DNA of 64,000 nt from Octopus sinensis (lineage: Eukaryota): the NCBI RefSeq assembly GCF_006345805.1, contig NC_043012.1, forward strand, positions 6,820,001-6,884,000, read 5' to 3'. Under the pieces are notes generated by a model. That model was given only the letters and a program-made list of their open reading frames with translations, was not told the DNA's origin and did no database searches. Position numbers and translations under genes: made by a program. Shown here one piece after another: positions 38,755-50,646 of the stretch; position 1 is the first letter of the stretch; each line of letters begins with the position of its first letter.

Positions 38755-39235
38755 GAAGGTTTTGGTATAAAGTATGAGCTACAGCAAATATTCTGCTCAA
38801 TACCACAGATTTGCTTGTCAGTTGTTTGACCTTAACCAGTTGAGCATGTGCCTTAGTGGCTGATGATAAGTGCATCGCTGATCATGAGCAGAAGTAGTGG
38901 GGGAGCATCATAACCATGTGTTGAAAGCAATTCTCAGAGGTTTGGATAATTCACCTTTGGAAACATGGGTGTTTTGTTCAACATCCTTAAACAATACTTA
39001 TTCAGGGACCTTTTGAGCGGGATGGGCTACTCGACCAGAAGAAAATTCTAACTGGATCCCACCTGCAAGGTCATGCGCTGTTTATCTTGATATGAGATCA
39101 CCGTGTCGCGCACATATGGTTGTGATGCATGTGCCTGGTGTACCCTTATCAGACGGCTAGTCCTGATGGGTATACTGGGCTTCGTATATTTTACCCCAGT
39201 ATCACTTTGATGGCATGCTCTGCTCTCTCACTCAA
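38755..39235 (+). mobile_element. Repeat family F, (AAT)n-tailed retroposon
   Basis: Ends CTGCTCTCTCACTC-(AAT)n, as at 62575-62608; 5' ends vary between copies. Confidence 0.8.
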
Positions 39236-39255
39236 TAATAATAATAATAATAATA

Positions 39256-39293
<38 letters not shown>

Positions 39294-39303
39294 GTAATAA
39301 GAA

Positions 39304-39997
39304 AGTGATAAGTGCAGAATTTGTGGACAAAATGGTGAAACCATATGGCATATTACCAGTCAATGTATGCCACTTATCCAGAAAGAATATACGAGATGTC
39401 ATGACAATATAGCCAAGCTTTACCATTGGAACCTTTGCAACAAGTATGGACTTGACAGAGCAAAAAAGTGGTACAAATATAAACCTGAAGGCATCATCGA
39501 AAATGATAATGCAAAGACCCTATGGGATTTTATGATTCAGTGCGACCATGAGATAGAGAATAGGAAGCCAGACATAGTCTTAATTGAGAAAGAACGCAAA
39601 CTATGCTGGATCATAGATATAGCATGCCCAGCTGACAACAAGGTATGTGATATGGAAGAAAGAGATGTCGAAAGGTATAATAGGTTAGCTTGGGAGGTTA
39701 AGCTGTTTTGGTCGATGAAAAAGGTGGTGGTAATACTGATAATTGTTAGAGCCCTGGAAACAGTGAGAAAAAAATCTTGAGAAGTACATGGAACAAATGG
39801 GGGTTGCAATAAGGGTGGAGCACTTGCAGAAAGCAGCACTGCTTGGAACTGCTCGAATACTCCAAATGGTGCTTGAAAAATAAGGTGTGTTACCTTAGTT
39901 CACTGCTAGTGAACAGCTGACACCAAAGTACATCTCCAGTGTTAGAAGCTGAGCAAAGACAAATAACAACAACAACAATAATAATAATAATAATAAT
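39304..39997 (+). mobile_element. R4/Dong-like non-LTR retrotransposon 3' fragment (CCHC knuckle plus RLE endonuclease) flanked by (AAT)n
   Basis: CRICGQNGETIWHITSQC, QKEYTRCHDNIAK, LWDFMIQCDHEIENRKPDIVLI, IIDIACPAD; frameshift at ~39775, then EHLQKAALLGTARILQMVLEK* (stop 39881-39883). Confidence 0.9.
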
Positions 39998-40274
39998 GTA
40001 ATGTGTGTTAGAAAATGTTATCACCTGCTGTTGCAGCTGCTGCTGCTGCCGAGGTAAATGTAATTTTCTTCTTCATTAGGAAAATACCAATAAAATAATT
40101 TTACCACCAAAAACATTTATTCAATTTCGTTTAGTTGTAGCTAAAGAATTTTTTTCTTCTTCTTCACATTGATTTCAAAAAGTGGATTATTGCTTAGCAA
40201 GTAGCGGATTGAACTTGAAATGGTATAAAACTTGTTTAGCAGCCAGCATCACTGAATGATGAGTCGAAACTTAC

Positions 40275-40413
40275 CTTTAATAACGGTTTATTGATTTATC
40301 TTGTAGCTGTTGTGTCAGCGAGAAAGAGTGAGTGTACGATGTAGTGGAGGTTGAGAGGAACCGACTGAGATTGATGTGTGAGTGGCTGAGTGAGACATAT
40401 TTCTTCAACTTAC
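40275..40413 (-). other. Candidate 139-nt non-coding exon / RS-exon beginning with a recursive 5' splice site
   Basis: Acceptor TTTCTCTTTCTATTTTCAG(40414) immediately followed by GTAAGT; donor AAG|GTAAGT at 40275/40274; stop codons in all three frames. Confidence 0.65.
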
Positions 40414-40486
40414 CTGAAAATAGAAAGAGAAATATAAGAAAATGGTATAAGAAACGGTTTGGATATTCAAAAGAATTTTTAGTAAT
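40414..40486 (-). promoter_or_regulatory. Strong 3' splice site: branch-point-like TACTAA (40484-40479), AG-free pyrimidine-rich tract, CAG
   Basis: No AG on the minus strand between 40486 and the acceptor AG. Confidence 0.7.
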
Positions 40487-40639
40487 CTTTTTTCATATTT
40501 GAAAATTTAAAAATATGATTCATGCAAACCAAATTTGGTGAATGCATTAGAGGCACTGGATAAGAATGTTATTTATTACCCTTACTTAAGTTTGGAAACT
40601 AATGGTCCTGGTTCTAATCCTGCTTGGTATCATGTGCAC

Positions 40640-41688
40640 ATCTTTACTCTTTTACTTGTTTCAGTCATTTGATTGCGGCCATGCTGGAGCGCCGCATTTA
40701 ATCGAGCAACTCGACCCTGGGACTTATTCTTTTGTAAGCCCAGTACTTATTCTATCGGTCTCTTTTGCCAAACCGCTAAGTAACAGGGACATAAACACAC
40801 CAGCATCAGTTGTCAAGCAAGCTAGGGGGACAAACACAGACACACAGACACACACACGCATATATATATATATATATATACGACGGGATTCTTTCAGTTT
40901 CCGTCTACCAAATCCACTCACAAGGTGCCCTGCAGTGGGACTGAACCTGGAACCATGTGGTTGGTAAACAAGCTACTTACCACACAGCCACATTTTTTTG
41001 TAATCTTTTACTTGTTTCAGTTATTGGACTGCAGCCATGCTGGAGCACCACTTTGAAGGGTTTTAGTTAAATGGATTGACCCCTTGTTTGTTGTTTTTAA
41101 AGTTTGGTACTTATTCTGTTGTATTCCCTTTGGTGAACACCCTAAGCTATACAGGCATAAACCCATCTTTTATTTTTCTTGTTTCAGCAGTTGGAGTGTG
41201 GCCATGCTGGGGTACCACTTCGAAAAGTTTTTTGTCGAATCGATTGACCCCAGAACATATTTTTTAAAGTCTGGTTCTTAGTTGACTGGAGCTCTTATGG
41301 AGGACATTATGTGGATGTAAACAAACCAGCACTGATTGTCAAGCAGTGGAGAGTGGGGAAAACTCATTCACACACATATATCACACATACATGTATATGT
41401 GTGGGTACATATATGGAAAACGGATGTTAAACAATGATGATGATGATGTTGATGATATATATATATACTCTTACTCTTTTTACTCTTTTACTTGTTTCAG
41501 TCATTTGACTGTGGCCATGCTGGAGCACCGCCTTTAGTCGAGCAAATCGACCCTGGGACTTATTTTTTGTAAGCCTAGTACTTATTCTATCGTTCTCTTT
41601 TTGCCGAACTGCTAAGTGACGGGGACATAAGCACACCAGCATCGGTTGTCAAGCAATGCTAGGGGGACAAACACAGGCACACAAACAC

Positions 41689-41723
<35 letters not shown>

Positions 41724-41930
41724 CACATATACGACAGGCTTCTTTCAGTTTCCGTCTACCAAATACACTCACAAGGCATTGGTCGGTTTTTTCACAGTTT
41801 CCATCTACCAAATTCACCCCCCAAAGCATTGATCAGTTCAGGGCTATGGTAGGAAGACACTTGATAAAAGAGCCATACAATAGGACTGAGCTCAAGATTA
41901 CACGACTGCAAAGCAAGTTCCTTAACCACA
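40640..41930 (-). mobile_element. Cluster of SINE family A copies (40640-40990, 41000-41350, 41480-41930)
   Basis: Repeated TTGTTTCAGTCATTTGA..GC.GCCATGCTGGAGC tails. Confidence 0.85.
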
Positions 41931-42032
41931 CTTCTGTCCTTGCACTTGTAGATATCAGGAATAAAAGTCCGATGATTGGTGATTAACCCGGTTGAAACAT
42001 GGTTTAAACACATATATTACCAATATGTGTGT

Positions 42033-42365
42033 TTATTACCTCCGCCTTAGCAAAGGCGGAGGTATTGTTTCAGTTGCATTTGTTTGTTTGTTTGTCCATG
42101 GACACGATATCTCAAGAACCACGGGTTGGATTCAGATGAAACTTTCAGGGATGTTTGGCCTTATGACTGGCATGAACTGATTCAATTTTGGGATCGATCT
42201 GGTACCGGACAAGGATTCTGGATAGTTTTCCGTATTTCTTACTTAATTTTTGAGAGGGGCTAGGTTTATTTTGCGTATTCTCATTTGTGAGAGCAGCTGA
42301 GTTTATTTCAAATATTCTCATTTAAAAAAATTCCTCTCTGGCTAATCTCTGAGTGCCCTTGTTTT
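42033..42365 (+). mobile_element. Helentron-associated non-autonomous element (HINE/DINE-1-like)
   Basis: 5' TTATTACCTCCGCC-N8-GGCGGAGGTA hairpin, (GTTT)n, GATATCTCAAGAACC..GGATT..ATGAAACTTT block, 3' CTCTGAGTGCCCTTG. Confidence 0.65.
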
Positions 42366-42702
42366 CCTATTGAAAATAGGAACTCAGAATGTAAAGAACT
42401 ATAACTACATACCACATGTCATTACATTCAATACTTTAATGATTTTAGCAATCCATTGACCTCACAAGTAATTATAATCTTTAAAAGCTGATAGTTTTGT
42501 GTCATTTCAGGTAAATTTTCATCAAAGGGTTTGATGCAGGTAACAATAAAAATTAACTAGATACAATAAAGTGAAAAGGAAGGGTAAAAATAGAACAAAA
42601 TAGTATTAGCTAACATATATATAAAATGATGTAAAGCACATTGTGACCAGTGATGCATAACAAAATCTGATAGTCTGATTGCTCACATGATATATATATG
42701 TA

Positions 42703-42872
42703 CCATATATACTTGTGTATAAATTGCACTTATGTTTAATTCACACCCCTAATTTATAATTAAATCTCAGTACAAATTTTTTTCCCCTTTATGGTTTTAG
42801 CTGTGCCCCATGTATAAGTCACACCCCAGTCTTTTCATTTAAAGTCCGTTTGATTTATACAGTATATACATG
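42703..42872. mobile_element. Decayed Tc1/pogo-type MITE
   Basis: TA-CCATATATACTTGTGTATAA at the left end; TTATACAGTATATACATG at the right end. Confidence 0.4.
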
Positions 42873-43139
42873 AATACTGTTTTAATCCCTTAACTGTGAA
42901 ATCAAACTTCATGGTTATGCCATGTAATGATGTTAAATATCTAACAAAAAGTAGAATTGATATTTTTTACAAGTCATGTTGCCTCAGTAAACTTGATGTA
43001 TCTCAATAGAAAATAGTTTCAAAGAGGGATATTCCTCAACAAAAGATATAGTGATATATAAAATTGTTTTCTATAGTGAAGGGCAATGAAATTTTGAGGG
43101 ACTTTATCTAATTCCCACAGAAAAAGGGTTAATTATTTC

Positions 43140-43375
43140 TTATTTCTTTACTGCCCACAAAGGGCTACACACAGAGGGGACAAATAAGGACAGACAAACG
43201 GATTAAGTCGATTATATCGACCCCAGTGCATAACTGGTACTTATTTAATTGACCCTGAAAGGATGAAAGGCAAAGTCGACCTCGACAGAATTTGAACTCA
43301 GAACGTAACAGCAGACAAAATACTGCTAAGCATTTCGCCTGGCGGGCTAACGATTCTGTTAGCTCGCTACCTTAT
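43140..43375 (-). mobile_element. SINE family B with an alternative 3' tail
   Basis: Same head and core; tail reads GTAGCCCTTGTGGGCAGTAAAGAAATA in sense; also seen at ~62745-62800. Confidence 0.85.
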
Positions 43376-43997
43376 TTTTGCAAATAAGAGAGGCAACTCT
43401 AGACACATTTCAGCCTTATTAAACTTCCTTTACCATCAAGACAATAAAAACTGTTAAGAATTTTCTAAGATGCTGCAATGGCTTCATTTAAGAGTAAATA
43501 TGGCTATATTTATAAGTTTTGCCTCCTACTACTTTGAACACAAACATGGTAAAGTAAATAAAAGTAAAAATTTGAAGTTTAAGACATACACACACATGTG
43601 TACCAATAATCATTATGTTTATTGGAAAATACTGGGAGTGAGAAGATTACAAAAGAAATATTTTGTCTATGGAGTCTGGGTGTGAAACGGAATGAAAAGT
43701 AATTATAAAGAAACACTTTAAACAAGCAACTTTGGTTCCTTTCTATCAACAGTTTGAAAGAATTTTCTTGAAGCCTGTTTATGGATCAAATCGCAATGTA
43801 TACATGATAGACATCAAAAGAAACCTATAGATTATTCAACAAATCAATACACATACGTATGTTTGTATGTATGCGTGGGTGTCTGTATGTATTTATTACA
43901 CGTATATATTTGTATGTATTATATATGTATATATATATATCTATATCCATATGAATATATATATATATATATATACTTATATTTAAACATATGTGTG

Positions 43998-44056
<59 letters not shown>

Positions 44057-44489
44057 TATATATATCATCATATATATATATACATATATATAAGAACTGA
44101 AAGAGAACTGAATATATATATGTATATGTGTATATATATATATGTATGTATATATATATTTATATGTATGTGTGTTTACTTACATATATGCATAGATATG
44201 TATGTATGCATGCACGCACACACACATACACACACACACACACACATGTGTCTATATATATATATATATTGTGTTGTGCATGTGTATGTAAACTTTTATT
44301 TATATTATATATTTATACATATATAATTGTGTTCTTATCTGAACGAGATAAGAGATAGCATTCCAACAACGTTTGTAATTGTATACTTGTATGTCAATAA
44401 AAAAAGAGAAAAAGATAAAAAAGTAAAAAAAACCAGACAACTTATTATAGTAGAATCCATAATTCTTTATGTATAAACCCATTTCACAC

Positions 44490-44518
44490 AGTTATTATTA
44501 TTATTATTATTATTATTA

Positions 44519-44559
<41 letters not shown>

Positions 44560-44569
44560 GTTGTTGTTG

Positions 44570-44608
<39 letters not shown>

Positions 44609-44644
44609 TTATTATTATTATTGTTGTTGTTGTTGTTGTTGTTG

Positions 44645-44694
<50 letters not shown>

Positions 44695-45150
44695 GTTATT
44701 ATTATTATATAAAAGAAATCATCATCATTATTATCATTATTATTATTATCTTTCTGCTTTTCTTTTATTTCCAGATAAGGCGTTACGTAGACCCAGAGAT
44801 CTGCTTCTATGAGTCGTATCGATTGTAGCCAGGAGGGTAATTAAAAAGCTGGAGAAATCCACAAAACCAATCATAATACTACTTTCGCATAAATAACACA
44901 ATATCATTTGATCTCATCATCACCACCACCACCGCCACCACCACCACCGCCACCACCACCACCACCGCCACCACCACCACCGCCACCACCACCATCACCA
45001 CCACCACCACAACCACCACCGCCACCACCACCACCACCACCGCCACCACCAATGCCACCGCCACCACCACCACCACCGCCATCACCACCACACCGCCACC
45101 ACCACCACCACCACCATCATCATCACCACCGCCACCACCATCATCATCAT
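44490..45150. repeat. (ATT/GTT)n tract (44490-44710) and (CAC/CGC)n tract (44915-45150)
   Basis: Direct inspection. Confidence 0.95.
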
Positions 45151-45654
45151 CAACATCGGCGTATTTAAATTTGCTTGTAAATTTCTTAAATCTTTTTCTC
45201 TTCTCGTTTTTTTTTTCTCCTTTTTTCCCCCTTATTCTCCATTTAATTTTTTGAATGTGGAATCAGAAGCATATTTTCGTAATTCTTCTTCTTATTATTT
45301 TTCATTGAAGCCTCAGACAGTTACAACCCAAAAGAGAACTGGATATTTTTGCTTGTTCTTTTTAAATTTTTCTAGGAATATTGCTTTGTATATTCGAATA
45401 ACAGAACATAGAAGTCTGTGGTAGAAACCTTTCTGCCTACCTCTCTCTCTCTCTCTCTTTCTCACTCAGCATGTCTCCATCTTTGTCTCTATCTCTCCCT
45501 TCATTTAGTTCTTTCTTTCTTTCTAGTCTAATCTATTTTGCTTATATGTAAAGCTATATCGCTTTGTATTACCCAAGTCCGATATGATAGTTTGTATTGT
45601 ATGATAATTGAATTTAGTTACCGACAGACAATTCAGTAAAGTGGAGAAGTCAAT

Positions 45655-45945
45655 TGTTTGATGGGGTTTGAAATTTTGCGATGGTTATGCCGTGCTTTGA
45701 TATCTATATTTTAGCATAAGTTATTTTTTTAAATAGCAGCTTTCAACAGAAATTCTATGCCAACAAATCTAAATAAATAAATTAATTAATTAAATATAAA
45801 TGATTAAAAAAAAGAAAAATGGTGTTTGATGGTGTTTGAAATTCAGTAATGGTTACACTTTGATATCTATACTTTACCATAAGTTATGATTTTAGCAACA
45901 GTTTTCAACAGAAATTCTGTGCTAATAAAAAAAAATAAAAAAACA
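45655..45945. repeat. Two diverged ~169-bp tandem units
   Basis: TGTTTGATGG.GTTTGAAATT...CTTTGATATCTATA...TTTCAACAGAAATTCT occurs twice. Confidence 0.7.
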
Positions 45946-46069
45946 ACAAAAACAAACGATACCGTTGTATTTTGAAAGAAAACAACAGTTCTAGTGATAA
46001 AGTAATTAAATTTATAATTATTAGATATTGTACTGTGTTATTTGATTAATTAATATTAAACTTTGTGAA

Positions 46070-47500
46070 GCTGGTGAGGTGGCAGAATCATTAGCACACT
46101 GGGCGAAACACTTAGTGGTATTTTCATCTGTCTTCATGTTCTGTGTTCAAATTCTGCCGAGGTCAACTTTGCTTTTCATCATCGTGGGGTCGATAAATTA
46201 AGTACCAGTGAAACACTATGGTTGATATAATCGACTCATCCCCTCCCCTAAAATGGCTGCCCTTGTAGCAAAATTTGAAACCGTTAAATCATCATCATCA
46301 TTATCGTTTAACGTCCATTTTCCATGCTAGCATGGGTTGGACGATTTGACTGAGGACTGGCAAACCAGATAGCTGCACCAGGCTCCAATCTGATCTGGTA
46401 GAGTGTCTACAGCTGGATGCCCTTCCTAATGCCAACCACTCTGAGAGTGTAGGAGGTGCTTTTACGTCCCACCGGCACAAGGGCCAGTCAGGTGGTATTG
46501 GCAACGGCCACACTCAAATGGTGTTTTTTACGTCCACCTGCACAAGAGCCAGTCAAGTGGCACTGGCAAATCTTCATTGTACTATATTCTTTGATTAATT
46601 AATATTAAACGCTAGCGAAGGCAATGAGCTGGCAGAATCGTTAGCACGCTGGGCAAAATGCTTAGCAGCATTTTCTGTATCTTTATATTCTGAGTTCAAA
46701 ATCCACTGAGGTTGACTTTACCTTCATCCTTTTGGGATCAATAAAATAAGTACCTGTTTTCGCTAAACTACTAAGTTACAAGGGATGCAATCAAACCAAC
46801 ACCAGCTGCCAAGTAGCAGTGGGGGACAAACATAACCAGAAACACACACACATACATATATATGCCATGGGCTTCTTTGAGTTTCTATCTCCTGAATCCA
46901 CTTGTAAAGCTCTAGTCAGTCTAAGGCTATAGAGTAGAAGACATTTGCTCAAGGTGCCACACAGTGGGACTGAACCTGGAACCATGTGAATGGGAAGTAA
47001 ACTTCTTACAGTACACCCACATCTACATACATATAATATAATATTTTACTATAAAATTGGATTTAATCCTAAATCTGATTTTTCTCTGTAATTTTGGATT
47101 TATTCCCTAATATTTTATCATATATATATATATATATATATATAAAGTGTAGGAGTGGCTGTGTGATAAGAAGTTTGCTTCCCAACCACATGGTTCCGGG
47201 TTCAGACCCACTGCATGGTACCCTGGACAAGTGTCCCCTACTATAGCTTTGGGTCGACCAAAGCCTTGTGAGTGAATTAGGTAGAGAGAAACTGAAAGAA
47301 GCCTATCTTATATATATATATATTATATATATATATACACACACACACACATATATATATATATGTATTTGTGTGTCTGTGTTCATATCCCCATCATCTC
47401 TTGATGGCAGGTGTTGGTGTGTTTGCATTCCTGTAACTTAGCAGTTCAGCAAGCAAGACCAACAGAATAATTATTAGGCTTACAAAGAATAACTCTTGGG
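46070..47500. mobile_element. SINE/RTE stack: B(+) 46070-46285, C(-) 46285-46570, B(+) 46615-46755, A(-) 46755-47010, A(+) 47150-47500
   Basis: Homology to other in-window copies. Confidence 0.75.
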
Positions 47501-47780
47501 GTTTGCTATGTCTGCTTTGAAATGATTCACAAAGCTGGATGCTCATTGTAATGCCAACCACTTAACAAAATGTACTGGGTATCTTTTATGTGGCACCAGC
47601 ATTAGTGAAGTTGCCAAGTAGCTTATTCTTCGTAAGCCTGGTACATATTCTATTGGCCTCTTTTGCTGAGCTGCTAAGTTACGGGGATGTTAACATACTA
47701 ACATTGGCTGTCAAGTGATGGTGAGGGGACAAAGACAGACACAAACACACAAATACATACATATACATATATATGCATAC

Positions 47781-47858
<78 letters not shown>

Positions 47859-47864
47859 GTATAT

Positions 47865-47915
<51 letters not shown>

Positions 47916-47952
47916 TTATATACATACATACATACATATATATACATATATA

Positions 47953-49242
47953 CGAGGGACGTTCAATAAGTAATGCCTCTGACTCACTTGCAGTTGTTTG
48001 ATCTAGCTGAAATTTTGCATGTGCAATCATTTATATGTCTATAGAGTAAGTGGCAAATTACAGCTCTGAATTAATTGTGGTTTCTGATTTACAGGTGTTT
48101 GAACCGAGTCAAGTGTGAAATGGAGCCTGTTGAGTGTCGAGCAGTGATCCGGTTTTTGTATTTGAAAGGACGCACACCACGGAAGACTTTTGATGAAATG
48201 AAAGTAACTTATGGTGATGATGCCCCATCATATGACTTTGTAAAACGCTGGCATCGTGAATTCAAACATGGTCGGAACTCTGTGGAAACAGCTCCCAGAT
48301 CTGGTCGCCCCTTCTGCCATTGATGAGGCATCTGTCCGTCAAGTTGAGGCTGCCATTTTCGAAGATCGACACATAATTATTCGCCAAATAGCCCATGAGG
48401 TCAAGATTAGTACCGGGTCTGTGGAAACTATCATTCATGAACATTTGCATATGCAAAAGGTGTCTGCCAGATGGATTCCCAGGTTGCTCACGCCTTTCCA
48501 GAAGCAAGAACGCGTCGAGTGCTCGAGGGTGAATTTGGAGATGTGCCAAGAAGATGAGTCAAAATTTTTCAAAAGACTGATTACGCATGAAGAAACCTGG
48601 GTCCATCACGATGATCCAGAGACCAAAGCCCAGTCAATGCAGTGGAAGCACCGTGATTCACCCCCTCCAAAGAAGGCAAGGGTGCAGCCCTCCGCTGGCA
48701 AGGTCATGCTCACAGTCTTCTTGGACCAGGACGGAGTAGTGATGACAGATTTCCTGGCAAAGGGTACCACAATTGCAGGAGCCTATTATGCTTCACTTTT
48801 GAGGAAATTAAGAGAAGTTATCAAAATCAAGAGGCGGGGCAAGATAAGCAAAGGCATCCTCCTCCTGCAGGACAACGCTCCGGTCCACAACTCGCGTGTC
48901 GCCAGATCAGAAGCACAGGCGTATGGCTATGAACTCCTCCCCCATCCCCCTGCTTTCCTGGCCTTGCACCCTCTGATTTTCACCTCTTCCCAGTCATGAA
49001 GTTGTTTTTGAAAGGAAAACATTTCCCAGATGATGCAGCCTTGATTTCTGAAGTCACATTCAGGTTGGAGGACCAAGCTGGGGTCTTCTACAAAAACGGT
49101 CTCCAGAGCTGTATCAAACGATGGGAGAAATGCGTAACTCTGGGTGGTTGCTATGTAGAAAAAGACTAATAACTGTGCCAAGTTTCGTTGCTCTACTGCC
49201 ATGGGAAGTGGGTCAGGGGCATTACTTATTGAACGCGCCTCG
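47953..49242 (+). mobile_element. Full-length mariner (1290 bp) with 25-bp TIRs and TA target-site duplication
   Basis: TA-CGAGGGACGTTCAATAAGTAATGCC ... GGCATTACTTATTGAACGCGCCTCG-TA (2 mismatches). Confidence 0.95.
48120..49169 (+). pseudogene. Mariner DD34D transposase pseudogene, Himar1/irritans-like
   Basis: MEPVECRAVIRFLYLKG..RSGRP, frameshift ~48310, WIPRLL, ITHEETW (catalytic D to E), QDNAPVH, LPHPP, frameshift ~48950, LAPSDFHLF..RWEKCVTLGGCYVEKD*. Confidence 0.93.
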
Positions 49243-50007
49243 TACATACATATACATACATACACCTACACTTACACACACACACACATGCACACATATT
49301 TTCGACAGGCTTCTTTCAATTTCCATCTACCAAATCCACTGACAAAGTTTTGGTCGGCCCAAAGTTGGGACTGAACCCAGAACCATGTGGTTGGTAAGCA
49401 AGCTTCTTACCACACAGCCAGACCTGTTGTTTTAAATTAATCATGAATTATCTCTTAACTTTGAGATTTTGATGATGCAATTGTTTGATTTTAGAATAGT
49501 AGTGTAGGGTAAGTGTGAGAAGCCAGATCTGGTCAGTTTGGGCTGGATATGGCTGGTTTGAAACAAAAGGGTCAAATCTGTGGATTTCGATGATGACCAG
49601 CACAGATATGAGTAAGATGGACATGATCAGAATGTGATTATTCCCTAAGTAGCTCATTAGGTACCAGTTATATTCTGAGGTCTGTAACCTTACAATTGTG
49701 AAAACTCTCATAAAATAAGTATCTGTAATATACTTGGTTCAACTATGCTTTATGATTTGTAATTTGTCGATAGACATTAAGTTTTAAGTAATTAAATATC
49801 AGTATAATCATAAGGAATCTGTTAATTATCGTTTTGCTTGCAATATTCATCATCATCATCATTATCACTACAATCATCATTATTGTTACACACTACCATC
49901 ACGCCAACCCCCATCATCATTCATTCTAATTATCACCAATCACCTAAGGACAATAACGAAGCATGATCAATAGCACAATGGCTTAAATCAACTAAACAAC
50001 TATCAAA

Positions 50008-50055
<48 letters not shown>

Positions 50056-50388
50056 CATACATATATACATACATACACATATACATACATATACATACAT
50101 ACATACATATACATACATACATACATACATACATACCTACATATGTATGCATACATACAAACATACATACATACATATATATATAATGTGTATAGATACG
50201 TATACTCATGAAAATACATGTATGCATATTCCATGCATACATGTAAAATATACAGTGGTGAAACATACATGCACGTATGCATACATATACATGAGCTCAT
50301 AAGAGATACACATGTATACACACGGCCATGTGCATTTTATGTGTATGCAAAACCAGTCATACATGCACATGCATGAGTGTGCTGTATG

Positions 50389-50460
<72 letters not shown>

Positions 50461-50599
50461 GTATATGTATATATATATATATATGCATGTGTGTGTGTGT
50501 ATGTATGCATGTATGTATACATACACATATATATGTATATAACTGTATATGTACATATCTACATGTGTGTTTGTGTCAGTCTCTCTCTCTCTCTATGTA

Positions 50600-50646
<47 letters not shown>

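Noticed and set aside
44469-45168. Poly-Tyr, poly-Leu and poly-Pro ORFs
   Set aside because: Trinucleotide microsatellites without coding context.
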